NCBI GenBank assembly: GCA_046075565.1
Contig: JBJTQJ010000021.1
Coordinates: 1 to 64,000 of the forward strand
Length of the DNA: 64,000 bases
Direction: 5' to 3'
From: Verrucomicrobiales bacterium
GTDB taxonomy: Bacteria; Verrucomicrobiota; Verrucomicrobiia; Verrucomicrobiales; SLCJ01
Of the stretch, positions 10,301-19,592 are shown piece after piece (the first letter of the stretch is position 1; every line of letters starts with the position of its first letter). The notes under the pieces are model-generated. The model had not been told where the DNA came from, did no database searches, and was given only the letters and a program-made list of their open reading frames with translations. The translations under genes were made by a program, and so were the position numbers.

Positions 10301-10597
10301 GATGGGACGATGCTGTGTCTTGTGGAAATGGCGGGCAATCCAAGCTAATGCCGCCGCCTTCGCCACGGGGGTAGAGTGATGAATCGATAGGGATGAGCCA
10401 AGCGCGGTTTACCAAAAAATCAACGACCATTTCTCACGCTATGGTCTTGGCCACCGTGCCCCTTGCACGGAGGCGACTCACCCGCATCCCCCCATCCCTT
10501 TGCCCCATAGGCAGACGCGTCAGGTTACGGGTTTCACGTATCTCCGTCTTGCGGCGAGGAAATGGGATGAGCGAGCCTGTAGGCCGCTCGGGTCAGG

Positions 10598-10670
10598 GTT
10601 GGAGTCCGGGCTTTAGCCCGTCTCATTCCGCAGTGACGAGCGCCCGACGGGCTGAAGCCCGGACTCCAAC
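10598..10670. repeat. Inverted pair of GGAG-type REP-like palindromes
   Basis: gttggagtccgggctttagcccgtc (10598-10622) and its reverse complement with one mismatch (10646-10670). Confidence 0.8.
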
Positions 10671-10907
10671 AGACCACCCGTCACTATCATCTCAACCGTG
10701 CCGCTTGATGCAAAATCGAAAGTCTGAATGTCCATGACGATTTTACCGCGTGAGCGCCGCAGGCTCTTGGACTGCTGGGATTCTTCCCAGCTCTCGAGGG
10801 GAGGACGTGGAGGCCCGGGGATCATGTGCCCCTCGATCGTCAAGAGCGGTGTCGCGCCAGACTGCGTGTGAGCATGTAAATGGAATACACGCTCTGCAGC
10901 CATCCAT

Positions 10908-13778
10908 TCAAGGTGCCAACTCAAGGAACGGATGGAAGCCATCAATGACCGGCACCTCTTCGACAGCGACACCATGAGCGGCAACCACCCGCAAACCCAG
11001 AGCGGCGGACCCCGGTTTCTCAGCTTTGATGAGGATGGAATCCGATCGCACGGGTTTAGCGAGAAGGAGCATGGGAGAGTTTTCGCCGGGGACAATCCTC
11101 GTGCGCCCGAGCACTTCGTCGGTGCGTCCGTGGCGAACCCGCACGGCCAGCGGTTTCTTGGATCCAGATTGCCCGACCGCCAGGATGAGCCGGTCGATCA
11201 TTTTCACTCCGCCCGTGCTTGCCGGGGAAATTTTTCCATCCGAACCAACCGCGATGCCGGCCAGCACCTCGCGGAATTCCGCCTTCGCGAAAGCGGGCAC
11301 ATCGTTTGTGGCCGCATCTGCGGGTTTCCCGAGATAGGCGAGCAGGTCGGCGAATTCCTCCCGGCTTGTTAGGGCGCGTTTCCCCTCGTAGTAACTGTAA
11401 TAGGCATGTTGCCGTTCGTTCCACGCGTTGCCCTCGCGGTAGTCGCCGGAGAACGGCACGAGCAAATCCATCCACGCCGCAAAACGCGCGTGTTCCTCGT
11501 CCGTCAGCACGACACCATGATGTCCTTTGTCGAGCATTTCCAGCATCGGACTGCGCGCTGCTCCGGAGAAGTAGGGCGGGATTTCCGTCGGGCGCGACAT
11601 CTTGCTGATCCAGGTGACCATGCCTTTTTCCGGATCCGCTTCGTAGCCCCCGTTTTTCGTGCGGGTGGCTTCGACGAGGTTGAGATACGAACGTGTCCAC
11701 TTGCGGAGGTTGAGGGTGGCGTCGTCCACCGGCAAACCACGCAGATCCATGGCTTCCGCCTTGGATCCGTCGTGGCAGGAAATACATTTCGCATCGAGGA
11801 TCGGCTGGATTTCTTTCGGGAAACTGAAGCCGCGTGTTGGACCGAGGAATGGACGGATCTTCTGGATCGGTTTTTTCCAGGCGATGGTATTTTCCTCGGC
11901 ATAGGGATGGAAATTCGCGTTCGCTTTGTCGTGGCAGCCGACGCAGCCTTTCGTTTCGCCCGGAAGGATTGTGTCCCAGGTGCGGGTGGTCTGGATGACC
12001 CGCCCGCGCGCGTCAAGGACCTGAAGGTAGAGCGACTCCATGGCCGGCACTTCGAAGCGAGCCGAGCCGTCCTCTTCGATATCGACATCACCAAGGATTT
12101 GTTTTACATCCCACGAGCCGTTGCCCACGGCGATGGGTGCGCTGTTGAGCGAGCCGCCGCCTTCCCCTCCATTGTCGGTCTTGCCCACGCCCGCCGCCCG
12201 GTAGTCCAGTCGCACCACGCGGATGGATTTCGCCTCCCCGCGCGGGATGCCCTCCAGGCCAACTCCCAAATAAACATCTTTTACATAATAGACGCCTGTC
12301 TTTTCCCCGTAACGCACCAGGTCTTCAATCACCGGCACCGCTGGTCGATGGCCGAGCGGCACCATCCTCGCCACGTCGAGATCGCGATCCTCATGCAGCA
12401 ACTCGCGTTCACCGTCGGCATTCATCCAATAAAGACCGAACCTTTCCCCACCTTCCGGTTTGAAGCTGATCAGGAATTCCTCTTCGCTGAAGGGATAGGG
12501 GTGGCGGAAAAGATCGCCCTTCTGCATGGCCACGTCCACGCGTTCGTAGCGGACCTCGCGGCGCGGGGCGATGAAGTGCATGCCCTTGCCTTCGTCGCGG
12601 CCTTCGAGAATATCGAGCACCACCAGCTTGCCGTGCTGGCGGGTATGGTGGCCGGCAGCGATGCTCATTGCCTTGTGGGAACCGGGGATCCCGCGGGTGT
12701 GCAAGAGCGAGGTGGGGAACCACGAGTTGCCTCCGTAGAAAGCCCGTTGGTCCTGTCCGTCCGGGCGCATGGAAAAGACCGGATGAGGGAAATTCTGCCC
12801 GCGATCATTGTAATCCCAGCGCGTGTAGGTCACCCGCCCGTCGGCGAGAAGTTGCGGATACAAGGCATGGACTTGATCAACCGCCAGACGGCGGATGAAG
12901 GAACCGTCGGGGCGCATGCGGTAGAGATTGCTGATCTCCGTCCACCAGCACGGCACACTTTGTTCCGGACGCGTGGAAGTGAAGATGATATCGCCATCGG
13001 GCAGATAGATGGGTTCATAGTCGGCGCGACCCAGTCCACGGGTGATCTGGCGGGTTTGCCCGTCGGCCAGCGTGTGTTCATAGAGGTGATAGTCATCGAG
13101 ACGATCGGACTTTTTCCATGCGAAGAGAAGGCGCTGGCGATCGAAAGAAATGTCCACGTCGCGCATCATGCCGTGAGGGTCATCAATAAGCGTTCGTTTG
13201 TTCGCGAAGACGGAGCCTTTCGGGAATTCCACCACGGCAAGGCGAGTCCCAGGCACGAAGAAGCGCTCATGCCGCGCGTCCGAAAGGCCTTCCGTGTATC
13301 CGATAAAACTCATGCGATAGGTATGGCCTTCGGTAAATGCAATGGTTCCCCATTTGGCAAGTGTCGCGGCCATTCGCGCGCGGCGGCGTTCCGTGGCGAG
13401 GGCGACATAACCGTCGAGATCCACGCTTCCGGCGGTCACTTTCGAACCAAGCCACCGTAAGTCGTCTTCTGCTTTCTTCACAAGATGCGTCTGAGAGGAG
13501 TCTCCTTCGGTGAGCAGCTTGAATGCCTCCGCTCCCAAATCCTGACGCACCCAATCCGAGGGCACCGGATGGGATGCCGAGATTTCCTTCCATTTCCCGG
13601 CTGCAGCTTCGGCGTGATTTTCTGCGGGCAATTCCTGGATGGAAGCCTGGGCGGTTTTGATCATCTCCTGCCATGCCGCGAAATCCGGCTCCGCGGCCGC
13701 AAGCGCGGATACACAGCCTAGACCCAGCGAGATGACTCCTGCGAGGAGCCGGGTTCGGAGGTTAAAAATCAGGGTCAT
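10908..13778 (-). CDS. Secreted HzsA-like beta-propeller protein with two CxxCH motifs
   Basis: Signal peptide; DYEPIYLPDGDIIFTSTR, YTRWDYND, DGSARFEVPA, PGETKGCVGCH, IQPILDAKCISCH. Confidence 0.8.
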   Translation of the reverse strand: MTLIFNLRTRLLAGVISLGLGCVSALAAAEPDFAAWQEMIKTAQASIQELPAENHAEAAAGKWKEISASHPVPSDWVRQDLGAEAFKLLTEGDSSQTHLVKKAEDDLRWLGSKVTAGSVDLDGYVALATERRRARMAATLAKWGTIAFTEGHTYRMSFIGYTEGLSDARHERFFVPGTRLAVVEFPKGSVFANKRTLIDDPHGMMRDVDISFDRQRLLFAWKKSDRLDDYHLYEHTLADGQTRQITRGLGRADYEPIYLPDGDIIFTSTRPEQSVPCWWTEISNLYRMRPDGSFIRRLAVDQVHALYPQLLADGRVTYTRWDYNDRGQNFPHPVFSMRPDGQDQRAFYGGNSWFPTSLLHTRGIPGSHKAMSIAAGHHTRQHGKLVVLDILEGRDEGKGMHFIAPRREVRYERVDVAMQKGDLFRHPYPFSEEEFLISFKPEGGERFGLYWMNADGERELLHEDRDLDVARMVPLGHRPAVPVIEDLVRYGEKTGVYYVKDVYLGVGLEGIPRGEAKSIRVVRLDYRAAGVGKTDNGGEGGGSLNSAPIAVGNGSWDVKQILGDVDIEEDGSARFEVPAMESLYLQVLDARGRVIQTTRTWDTILPGETKGCVGCHDKANANFHPYAEENTIAWKKPIQKIRPFLGPTRGFSFPKEIQPILDAKCISCHDGSKAEAMDLRGLPVDDATLNLRKWTRSYLNLVEATRTKNGGYEADPEKGMVTWISKMSRPTEIPPYFSGAARSPMLEMLDKGHHGVVLTDEEHARFAAWMDLLVPFSGDYREGNAWNERQHAYYSYYEGKRALTSREEFADLLAYLGKPADAATNDVPAFAKAEFREVLAGIAVGSDGKISPASTGGVKMIDRLILAVGQSGSKKPLAVRVRHGRTDEVLGRTRIVPGENSPMLLLAKPVRSDSILIKAEKPGSAALGLRVVAAHGVAVEEVPVIDGFHPFLELAP

Positions 13779-13929
13779 GAGGGGGTGGGGGATGGACAGG
13801 CAAGAAACGCGCCAAGACTCTCCCGGTTTTCGTTAATTTGCTCTTCCCTATGCCTCCGGGAAAGAGTGCTGCAGGTGGTTGCGCTTGGCCCTTGGCTGGG
13901 CGGGCCTTGATTTTCAGTTGCCAAATTTG

Positions 13930-13948
13930 CTTTGTTTGGCAAAGTGAA
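13930..13948. promoter_or_regulatory. Putative operator CTTTG-N5-CAAAGTGAA (copy 1)
   Basis: ctttgtttggcaaagtgaa ends 3 bp before the ATG at 13952; the same motif recurs at 14883. Confidence 0.65.
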
Positions 13949-13951
13949 CCT

Positions 13952-14548
13952 ATGACAAGCCCGCAGGACGCCGCCGGTCAACTCCAGACCATCCGTATGC
14001 TCATGGAACGCGCCACGGTCTATCGGGCGATTTCGCTGCCCGCTGCGCTGCTCGGCGGTTTGCTGGCTATGCCTACAGCCTGGTTTGCTTCCATGGGCGG
14101 AAACGTGGGTTTTCTCACGTCTTGGCTGGTGGCCTTGGCGGTGACTGGAAGTTTCAATACCTGGCAACTGGCGCGTCAGGCGAAACGGGAAAATCGTCCC
14201 TTCATATCCAGCGGACTCCGACTTGCTATGCGCGCACTGGTGCCTCCGCTGCTCGCCGGTGGAGTGGTGGGTGTCCAACTTGCTCTCCACGGCCATTTGC
14301 TGGTCTGCGCCTCCACCTGGGTATTGTGTTATGGACTCGCCATGTTGGCGAGCCGGGAGTTCGCGCCACGATCCATCGTGCATCTCGGCACCGCATTTTT
14401 TGTCGCCGGCCTGCTGGCTTTCATTACCCGGGATTCCATTCCGGCGCTCGGAGCGCTCACGCCCGCCAATGCGCTCATGGCGGCAACATTCGGACTGCTC
14501 CACTTGGCCTACGCCGCCGCCATCGCGATTCCCACCACCCGCCGCTGA
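13952..14548 (+). CDS. Membrane protein (about 6 TM), regulator-associated
   Basis: LQTIRMLMERAT N-terminus followed by hydrophobic helices and FGLLHLAY; its stop overlaps the regulator ATG (TGATG). Confidence 0.7.
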   Translation: MTSPQDAAGQLQTIRMLMERATVYRAISLPAALLGGLLAMPTAWFASMGGNVGFLTSWLVALAVTGSFNTWQLARQAKRENRPFISSGLRLAMRALVPPLLAGGVVGVQLALHGHLLVCASTWVLCYGLAMLASREFAPRSIVHLGTAFFVAGLLAFITRDSIPALGALTPANALMAATFGLLHLAYAAAIAIPTTRR

Positions 14549-14871
14549 TGATCGACTTTTCCCAGCTCGATCCGGTCATTCATGAAAAAGGGCGGCTGGC
14601 CATCGTCTCCCTGCTCGCTTCCCGCGCCCACGCCTGGCCATTCTCCGAGCTGCGCGACGAACTCGGCCAGAGCGACGGCAATTTGATCACCCACCTGCGC
14701 ACCCTCGAAAACGCCGGCTACGTGAGCCACGACAAGGTCTCGGGTAGCGGTCGGCCGCGCACTTCTTATACCCTCACCGCGGAAGGGAAATCTGCTTTCC
14801 AGGCTTATCTCGAGCTGCTCGCCCAACTTGTCGCCAGCCAGGCCCCCGGGAAAAAAAGATCAAAAGTTTGA
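14548..14871 (+). CDS. Winged-helix transcriptional regulator (ArsR-like, HTH_34)
   Basis: MIDFSQLDPVIHEKGRLAIVSLL...FSELRDELGQSDGNLITHLRTLENAGYV...RPRTSYTLTAEGKSAFQAYL. Confidence 0.9.
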   Translation: MIDFSQLDPVIHEKGRLAIVSLLASRAHAWPFSELRDELGQSDGNLITHLRTLENAGYVSHDKVSGSGRPRTSYTLTAEGKSAFQAYLELLAQLVASQAPGKKRSKV

Positions 14872-14879
14872 ACGGCACG

Positions 14880-14901
14880 TCACTTTGTGAAACAAAGTGA
14901 A
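14880..14901. promoter_or_regulatory. Putative operator, perfect palindrome TCACTTTGT-GAA-ACAAAGTGA (copy 2)
   Basis: 9-bp perfect inverted repeat between the regulator and ispH. Confidence 0.7.
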
Positions 14902-14949
14902 TGACGGCCCCGCTATTGTTGGCCGCGATGAACCCGTGTCACAACTTCC

Positions 14950-15876
14950 ATGAATGCCTGCAAACCGATTCAATCACCGACCGCTCGCCCGCCCGCGTTT
15001 GGGCAAGCTTTACCCTTGTTCCGTGTTGTCGTGGCCCGGCACCACGGCATGTGTTTTGGCGTTCGCGACGCCGTCACCGAGGTCGAACGTCTGAGCGCGG
15101 ACGGCCCGGTGACCATTCTCGGCCAGCTGGTGCACAACGAGATGGTGCGCGAGAAAATGCGCGGGCTCGGCGTGATGGAAGCCGGGCTCGACGAGACCGA
15201 TGTTGCGACCAACCGTGTGGTCTTCACCGCCCACGGAGTCTCGGACAAGGACCGGGCACGTTGGTTGGCCACGGGCTTGGATGTGCGTGACACGACGTGC
15301 CCGTTGGTTCATCGCGCCCATGCGGCGTTGCGGGATCTGGTGGCCTCAGGATACCATCCTGTGGTCATTGGGAAAAAAGGCCATGTCGAAGTGCGGGGAT
15401 TGACTGGCGATCATCCGGAGGCGGTCATTATCGAATCGCCCGCCGATTTGCATGATCTCCCACGTTCTAAGAAAATCGGAATTGTCGCGCAGACAACTCA
15501 ACCGGAAGCCAGAGTCTTGGCGTTGGTCGAGGCCGTGCGGCGGCTGCGACCGGAAAGTGAGGTTGTTTATCGCGACACGGTGTGCCGACCGACCAAGGAT
15601 CGTCAAAAGGCTCTGGAGGATCTCTGCCGCGAAGCGACCGCGATCGTTGTGGTCGGTGGTGCCAATTCGAATAATACCCGTGAACTCGTGGAAAGCGCGA
15701 AAGCCCGTGGTTGTGCCTCCTGGCGCGTGGAACTGCCCGGGGAAATCGATCCGCAGTGGTTGTCGGGACATGAAGTGGTGGGAGTCACCGCCGGCACGTC
15801 CACCTTGCCCGTGGCGGTCGAAGCCGTGGTCAAGCGCTTGCGAGCGCTGGCAACGGAACCGGGAATGCCAGGCTAA
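14950..15876 (+). CDS. ispH: 4-hydroxy-3-methylbut-2-enyl diphosphate reductase
   Basis: GMCFGV, LVHN, FTAHGV, DTTCPLV, HVEV, QTT, DTVCRPT..RQ, GVTAGTST; three Fe-S cysteines present. Confidence 0.92.
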   Translation: MNACKPIQSPTARPPAFGQALPLFRVVVARHHGMCFGVRDAVTEVERLSADGPVTILGQLVHNEMVREKMRGLGVMEAGLDETDVATNRVVFTAHGVSDKDRARWLATGLDVRDTTCPLVHRAHAALRDLVASGYHPVVIGKKGHVEVRGLTGDHPEAVIIESPADLHDLPRSKKIGIVAQTTQPEARVLALVEAVRRLRPESEVVYRDTVCRPTKDRQKALEDLCREATAIVVVGGANSNNTRELVESAKARGCASWRVELPGEIDPQWLSGHEVVGVTAGTSTLPVAVEAVVKRLRALATEPGMPG

Positions 15877-15910
15877 TCTCCTGTTCAATCCAACGCTTAA
15901 AAAACATCTG

Positions 15911-16051
15911 ACCACGAATGGACACAAATGGGCACGAATTGTAAAGGGATTGTGATTGAAGGCGACTTCCTCCTGAGGGTGAATGGTGCTCTTTGCCCAA
16001 ATCTCTGATTTTGGAAATCTTATTCGTGTTAGTTCGTGTCCATTCGTGGTT
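15911..16051. repeat. MITE-like element with 10-bp-periodic CACGAAT terminal inverted repeats
   Basis: accacgaatggacacaaatgggcacgaat ... attcgtgttagttcgtgtccattcgtggt; a second complete copy lies at 44894-45035. Confidence 0.8.
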
Positions 16052-16083
16052 TTAGTCTAACAAATTTCCCCCTTTCCATCACC

Positions 16084-17520
16084 ATGCGCGTCAAATTCAT
16101 CCTGCCTTCCCTGATTGAAGCCGGTAGTCCGCTTTTCCGGCCCATCAAGTATTCCCTCTTTCCGCCGCTGGGATTGGCTACGCTCGCCGCCTATCTTGGT
16201 GAAGATGATCAAGCTGTAATCGAAGACGAGCATGTCCAGCCGGTGCGCCTCGATGATGATCCGGATCTCGTGGTGATTCAGGTTTACATCACGAATGCCT
16301 CGCGGGCCTATCGGTATGCAGCTCACTACCGGGCGCGTGGCATTCATGTCTGTCTCGGCGGACTGCATGTGACCGCTTTGCCGGAAGAAGCGGCCTTGCA
16401 TGGCGATACCATTTTTTTCGGCCCAGGTGAGGATACATGGCCGCAATTTCTGGCCGACTTCCGGGCTGGATGCCCCGGGTCCCGCTACACCGCACCTGCG
16501 GCGCGTAGTTTGGATAAGGTGCCGCCGCCGCGGCGAGAGCTGATTGACCGCAGTCGTTATCTCGTGCCGAATTCGCTCGTGGTGACCCGCGGTTGCCCGC
16601 ATCATTGCGACTTTTGTTACAAGGATGCCTTCTTTGCCGGGGGCGCATCGTTCTACACGCGCCGGGTTGATGCAGCGCTTGCGGAAATCGAAGCGTTACC
16701 GGGCCGGCATTTGTATTTCCTCGACGATCATCTGTTCGGCCAGCCGCGGTTTGCCGCCATGTTGTTCGATGGCATGAAAGGGATGAACCGCCTCTGGCAG
16801 GCCGCCGCCACTGTTCCTTCGGTCCTGAAACCCGGGCTGTTGGAAAAAGCCGCCGCCGCCGGATTGCGTTCCCTTTTTGTGGGCTTCGAAAACTTGAATC
16901 CGAACAACCTGCGTCAACACGCGAAAACGCAGAATCTCGGGCGCGATTACGATGCCGCCATCCAACGCATCCATGACAATGGCATCATGGTGAATGGTTC
17001 GTTTGTCTTCGGCATGGACGACGATGATGATTCGGTCTTCGATCACACCACGGAGTGGGCCGTGCGCCAGGGCATCGAAACCGCCACCTTCCATATTCTC
17101 ACGCCCTATCCTGGCACCGGCTTGTATGATCGGATGAAGGCGGAAGGACGGTTGCTGCATTCCGACTGGGACCGCTACGACACGCGCCACACCGTGTTCC
17201 AGCCCGCGCGTATGACGCCGCAGGCTCTGGAGGATGGTTACTGGCGGGCCTACCGCGAATTCTACTCGTGGAAGAATCTCTGGAAAGGCTCGGCGACGAA
17301 ACCGGGCTTTGCCGGTGCTGCGCGGCATTTCACTTACGCGGCGGCGTGGAAGAAGTGCGAGCCTCTCTGGCGGCTCCTCATCGGCGCGGGACAAGTCGCG
17401 CGGGCTTTGCCCATGCTTGAATCCGTGCTGGGGGGATTTCAGAAGAAACGCAAGATATCCCCTGAAACTGTAGCGGCACCGCTTCCGGTGCCGACCGTAA
17501 GCGAAACGCCATGTGGTTAG
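16084..17520 (+). CDS. B12-binding domain radical SAM protein
   Basis: PPLGLATLAAYL, LGGLHVT, TRGCPHHCDFC (CxxxCxxC), FLDDH, GFE, ILTPYPGT. The last codons run through a REP unit. Confidence 0.92.
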   Translation: MRVKFILPSLIEAGSPLFRPIKYSLFPPLGLATLAAYLGEDDQAVIEDEHVQPVRLDDDPDLVVIQVYITNASRAYRYAAHYRARGIHVCLGGLHVTALPEEAALHGDTIFFGPGEDTWPQFLADFRAGCPGSRYTAPAARSLDKVPPPRRELIDRSRYLVPNSLVVTRGCPHHCDFCYKDAFFAGGASFYTRRVDAALAEIEALPGRHLYFLDDHLFGQPRFAAMLFDGMKGMNRLWQAAATVPSVLKPGLLEKAAAAGLRSLFVGFENLNPNNLRQHAKTQNLGRDYDAAIQRIHDNGIMVNGSFVFGMDDDDDSVFDHTTEWAVRQGIETATFHILTPYPGTGLYDRMKAEGRLLHSDWDRYDTRHTVFQPARMTPQALEDGYWRAYREFYSWKNLWKGSATKPGFAGAARHFTYAAAWKKCEPLWRLLIGAGQVARALPMLESVLGGFQKKRKISPETVAAPLPVPTVSETPCG

Positions 17521-17703
17521 AGCAAGAGACTCCCGATCCCGGATCGCGAAGGCGTTCCGCTACTCCCTTAAACTGTAGCGGCATCGCTTCCGGTGCCGAC
17601 CGTGAGCGAGATGTCGTGTCTTTCGGGCAACGGCGTCCCCTCTCCGGAAGGCGAAAGTCTTCCTCTGCTTCTTGAGTCTGTAGCGGCACCGCTTCCGGTG
17701 CCG
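17470..17703. repeat. BIME-like array of GTAG REP palindromes, 105-bp period
   Basis: gtagcggca(c/t)cgcttccggtgccg at 17470, 17575 and 17680; inverted type-B REP at 17540-17563 and a degenerate one near 17644-17668. Confidence 0.88.
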
Positions 17704-17716
17704 GAGGTGGGCGGCT

Positions 17717-19438
17717 TCACGGTCTCCGGTCAAAATCGACGCGGAATGGTCGGCCCTTGAGTGTCGCGGTGCGGCAGGCGCGGATCACATCCTCGGCCAT
17801 GTCGTCACGAACTTCGATGATGGAATGGCGCGGGAAAAGGTGGATGCGTCCCACCGAACCCGGGGGAAGCTGGGCTTCTCCGTAGAGCATGCCGACAATC
17901 TCGCGGGCTTCGACGCCGGCGGCGCGACCGAGGGAAAGGAATAAACGCACGTAACCGGATTCGGGTCCGTCGTCGCGGCGATCGCGGGGCGGACCGGGAC
18001 GGTCGAAGCCGCGGTCGCGGGGATTGCGCCCGCGATCCTGATAGTCGCGGGGCTCACGATCGCGGAAGTCACGGTCACGGTTTCCGCGTTCCGGACGCGC
18101 GGGTAGATCCGGTTCGCGATCTTCGGCGATTTGTTCGCCTTCACGTCCTCCGCTTTCCTTCCAAAGGGTGAAGAGGGCACCGGCGATATCGGTCGGCGTG
18201 TGGCCTTGTTCGAGCAAGCGGTCGATGTAATCGGCATGCGGTTCGAAGCTGCCGCTTTCGAGGCGTTCGCGGAGTGTTTCAAAGAGACGGTCGGTGCGTT
18301 TGCCTTCGACTTCTTCCTGTGATGGCACCTTGGCCCGGCGGATCACCTGACGGGTGTATCGTTCGATGGTCTGCAGGCGGTGAATCTCCCGGCCAATGAT
18401 GAAACTCACGGCACGTCCACTGCGTCCGGCCCGGCCGGTGCGTCCGATCCGGTGCACGTAGTCTTCCGGGTCCTGGGGGAGATCGTAATTGAAAACCACA
18501 TCCACCTCATCGATATCGAGTCCGCGCGCGGCGACGTCGGTGGCGACCAGCACTTCGATGGTGCCCTCGCGGAAGCGGGAAAGCACGCGTTCGCGCATGT
18601 TCTGGGTGATGTCGCCATGGAGACGATCCACGGCATAACCGCGGGCTAACAAAGCCTCGGTGCATTCATCGACAGTGCGTTTCGTGTTGCAGAAGACGAT
18701 GGTCAGGCGCGCGTCCTCCATGTCGAGGAGCCGGGAGACGACTTCCGTCTTGGAACGTCCGCGCACTTCGTAGTAGCACTGCTCGATGGTGGAAACGGTG
18801 CGGGCTTGTTGTTTAACCTCGATTTGTTCGGTCCCCGGAGCATGGCTCTCGATGATGCGCGAGACATCGCGGTTCATGGTGGCGGAGAAGAAGAGCGTCT
18901 GGCGTTGGGCCGGCAAGGCGGCTAACAGACGATCCATTTCCTCGCGGAAACCCATGTCGAGCATGCGGTCGGCTTCATCGAGCACGGCGATCTTCACGTT
19001 CTCGAGGCGGAGGGTGCCGCGTTCGAGGTGATCGAGCAAACGACCGGGTGTGCCGACGACCACTTGGGCCCCTTCGCGGAGGTGGCGGATCTGACGATCC
19101 ATGGGCGCGCCGCCATAAACCGGCACGGCGTGCAGTCCGCGCAATTTCGCCCCGAGGCGGTGGATTTCCTCGCAGACTTGGACGGCCAGCTCGCGGGTGG
19201 GCGTGAGCACGATGGCTTGGGTGTGGCGGCGGTCGAAATCGAGCATTTGCAGAACCGGCAGCGTGAAAGCGGCGGTTTTGCCGGATCCGGTTTGCGACAA
19301 ACCGACAATGTTTTTCCCCGCCAGCGCGGGCGGAATGGCGAGGGCTTGGATGGGCGACGGGCGCTCGAATCCGAGGTCGGTGATGGCTTGCAGCAGCTCG
19401 GATCTTAGGCCGAGTTCATTAAACGGGGGCGTTTCCAT
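17717..19438 (-). CDS. deaD: DEAD-box RNA helicase with DbpA-type C-terminal domain
   Basis: [35 protein letters not shown]; start set at [10 protein letters not shown]. Confidence 0.93.
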   Translation of the reverse strand: METPPFNELGLRSELLQAITDLGFERPSPIQALAIPPALAGKNIVGLSQTGSGKTAAFTLPVLQMLDFDRRHTQAIVLTPTRELAVQVCEEIHRLGAKLRGLHAVPVYGGAPMDRQIRHLREGAQVVVGTPGRLLDHLERGTLRLENVKIAVLDEADRMLDMGFREEMDRLLAALPAQRQTLFFSATMNRDVSRIIESHAPGTEQIEVKQQARTVSTIEQCYYEVRGRSKTEVVSRLLDMEDARLTIVFCNTKRTVDECTEALLARGYAVDRLHGDITQNMRERVLSRFREGTIEVLVATDVAARGLDIDEVDVVFNYDLPQDPEDYVHRIGRTGRAGRSGRAVSFIIGREIHRLQTIERYTRQVIRRAKVPSQEEVEGKRTDRLFETLRERLESGSFEPHADYIDRLLEQGHTPTDIAGALFTLWKESGGREGEQIAEDREPDLPARPERGNRDRDFRDREPRDYQDRGRNPRDRGFDRPGPPRDRRDDGPESGYVRLFLSLGRAAGVEAREIVGMLYGEAQLPPGSVGRIHLFPRHSIIEVRDDMAEDVIRACRTATLKGRPFRVDFDRRP

Positions 19439-19592
19439 AGGACAGACGTGAGTTTGTTTCCGCGCGCAAACTTCCATCGTCGGGCACTCGCAAGCGGGGG
19501 AGAAGATACGCCATGGGCGGATTTTGTCCATGTTTTCCGTGATCCGGTGGAATTGCTGGCCCGCGTTCCCACTCTCGGCTACCATTGGCCCG

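Noticed and set aside
10908-13778. True hydrazine synthase (anammox)
   Set aside because: No hzsB/hzsC nearby; HzsA-like domains are widespread in non-anammox PVC bacteria.
15877-16083. Cobalamin riboswitch before the B12 radical SAM gene
   Set aside because: No B12-box recognised; the interval is explained by the CACGAAT element.
17470-17703. CRISPR array
   Set aside because: Only three 24-bp units; the 81-bp spacers resemble each other and contain an inverted second palindrome; no cas genes; the units match the RAYT-flanking REPs.
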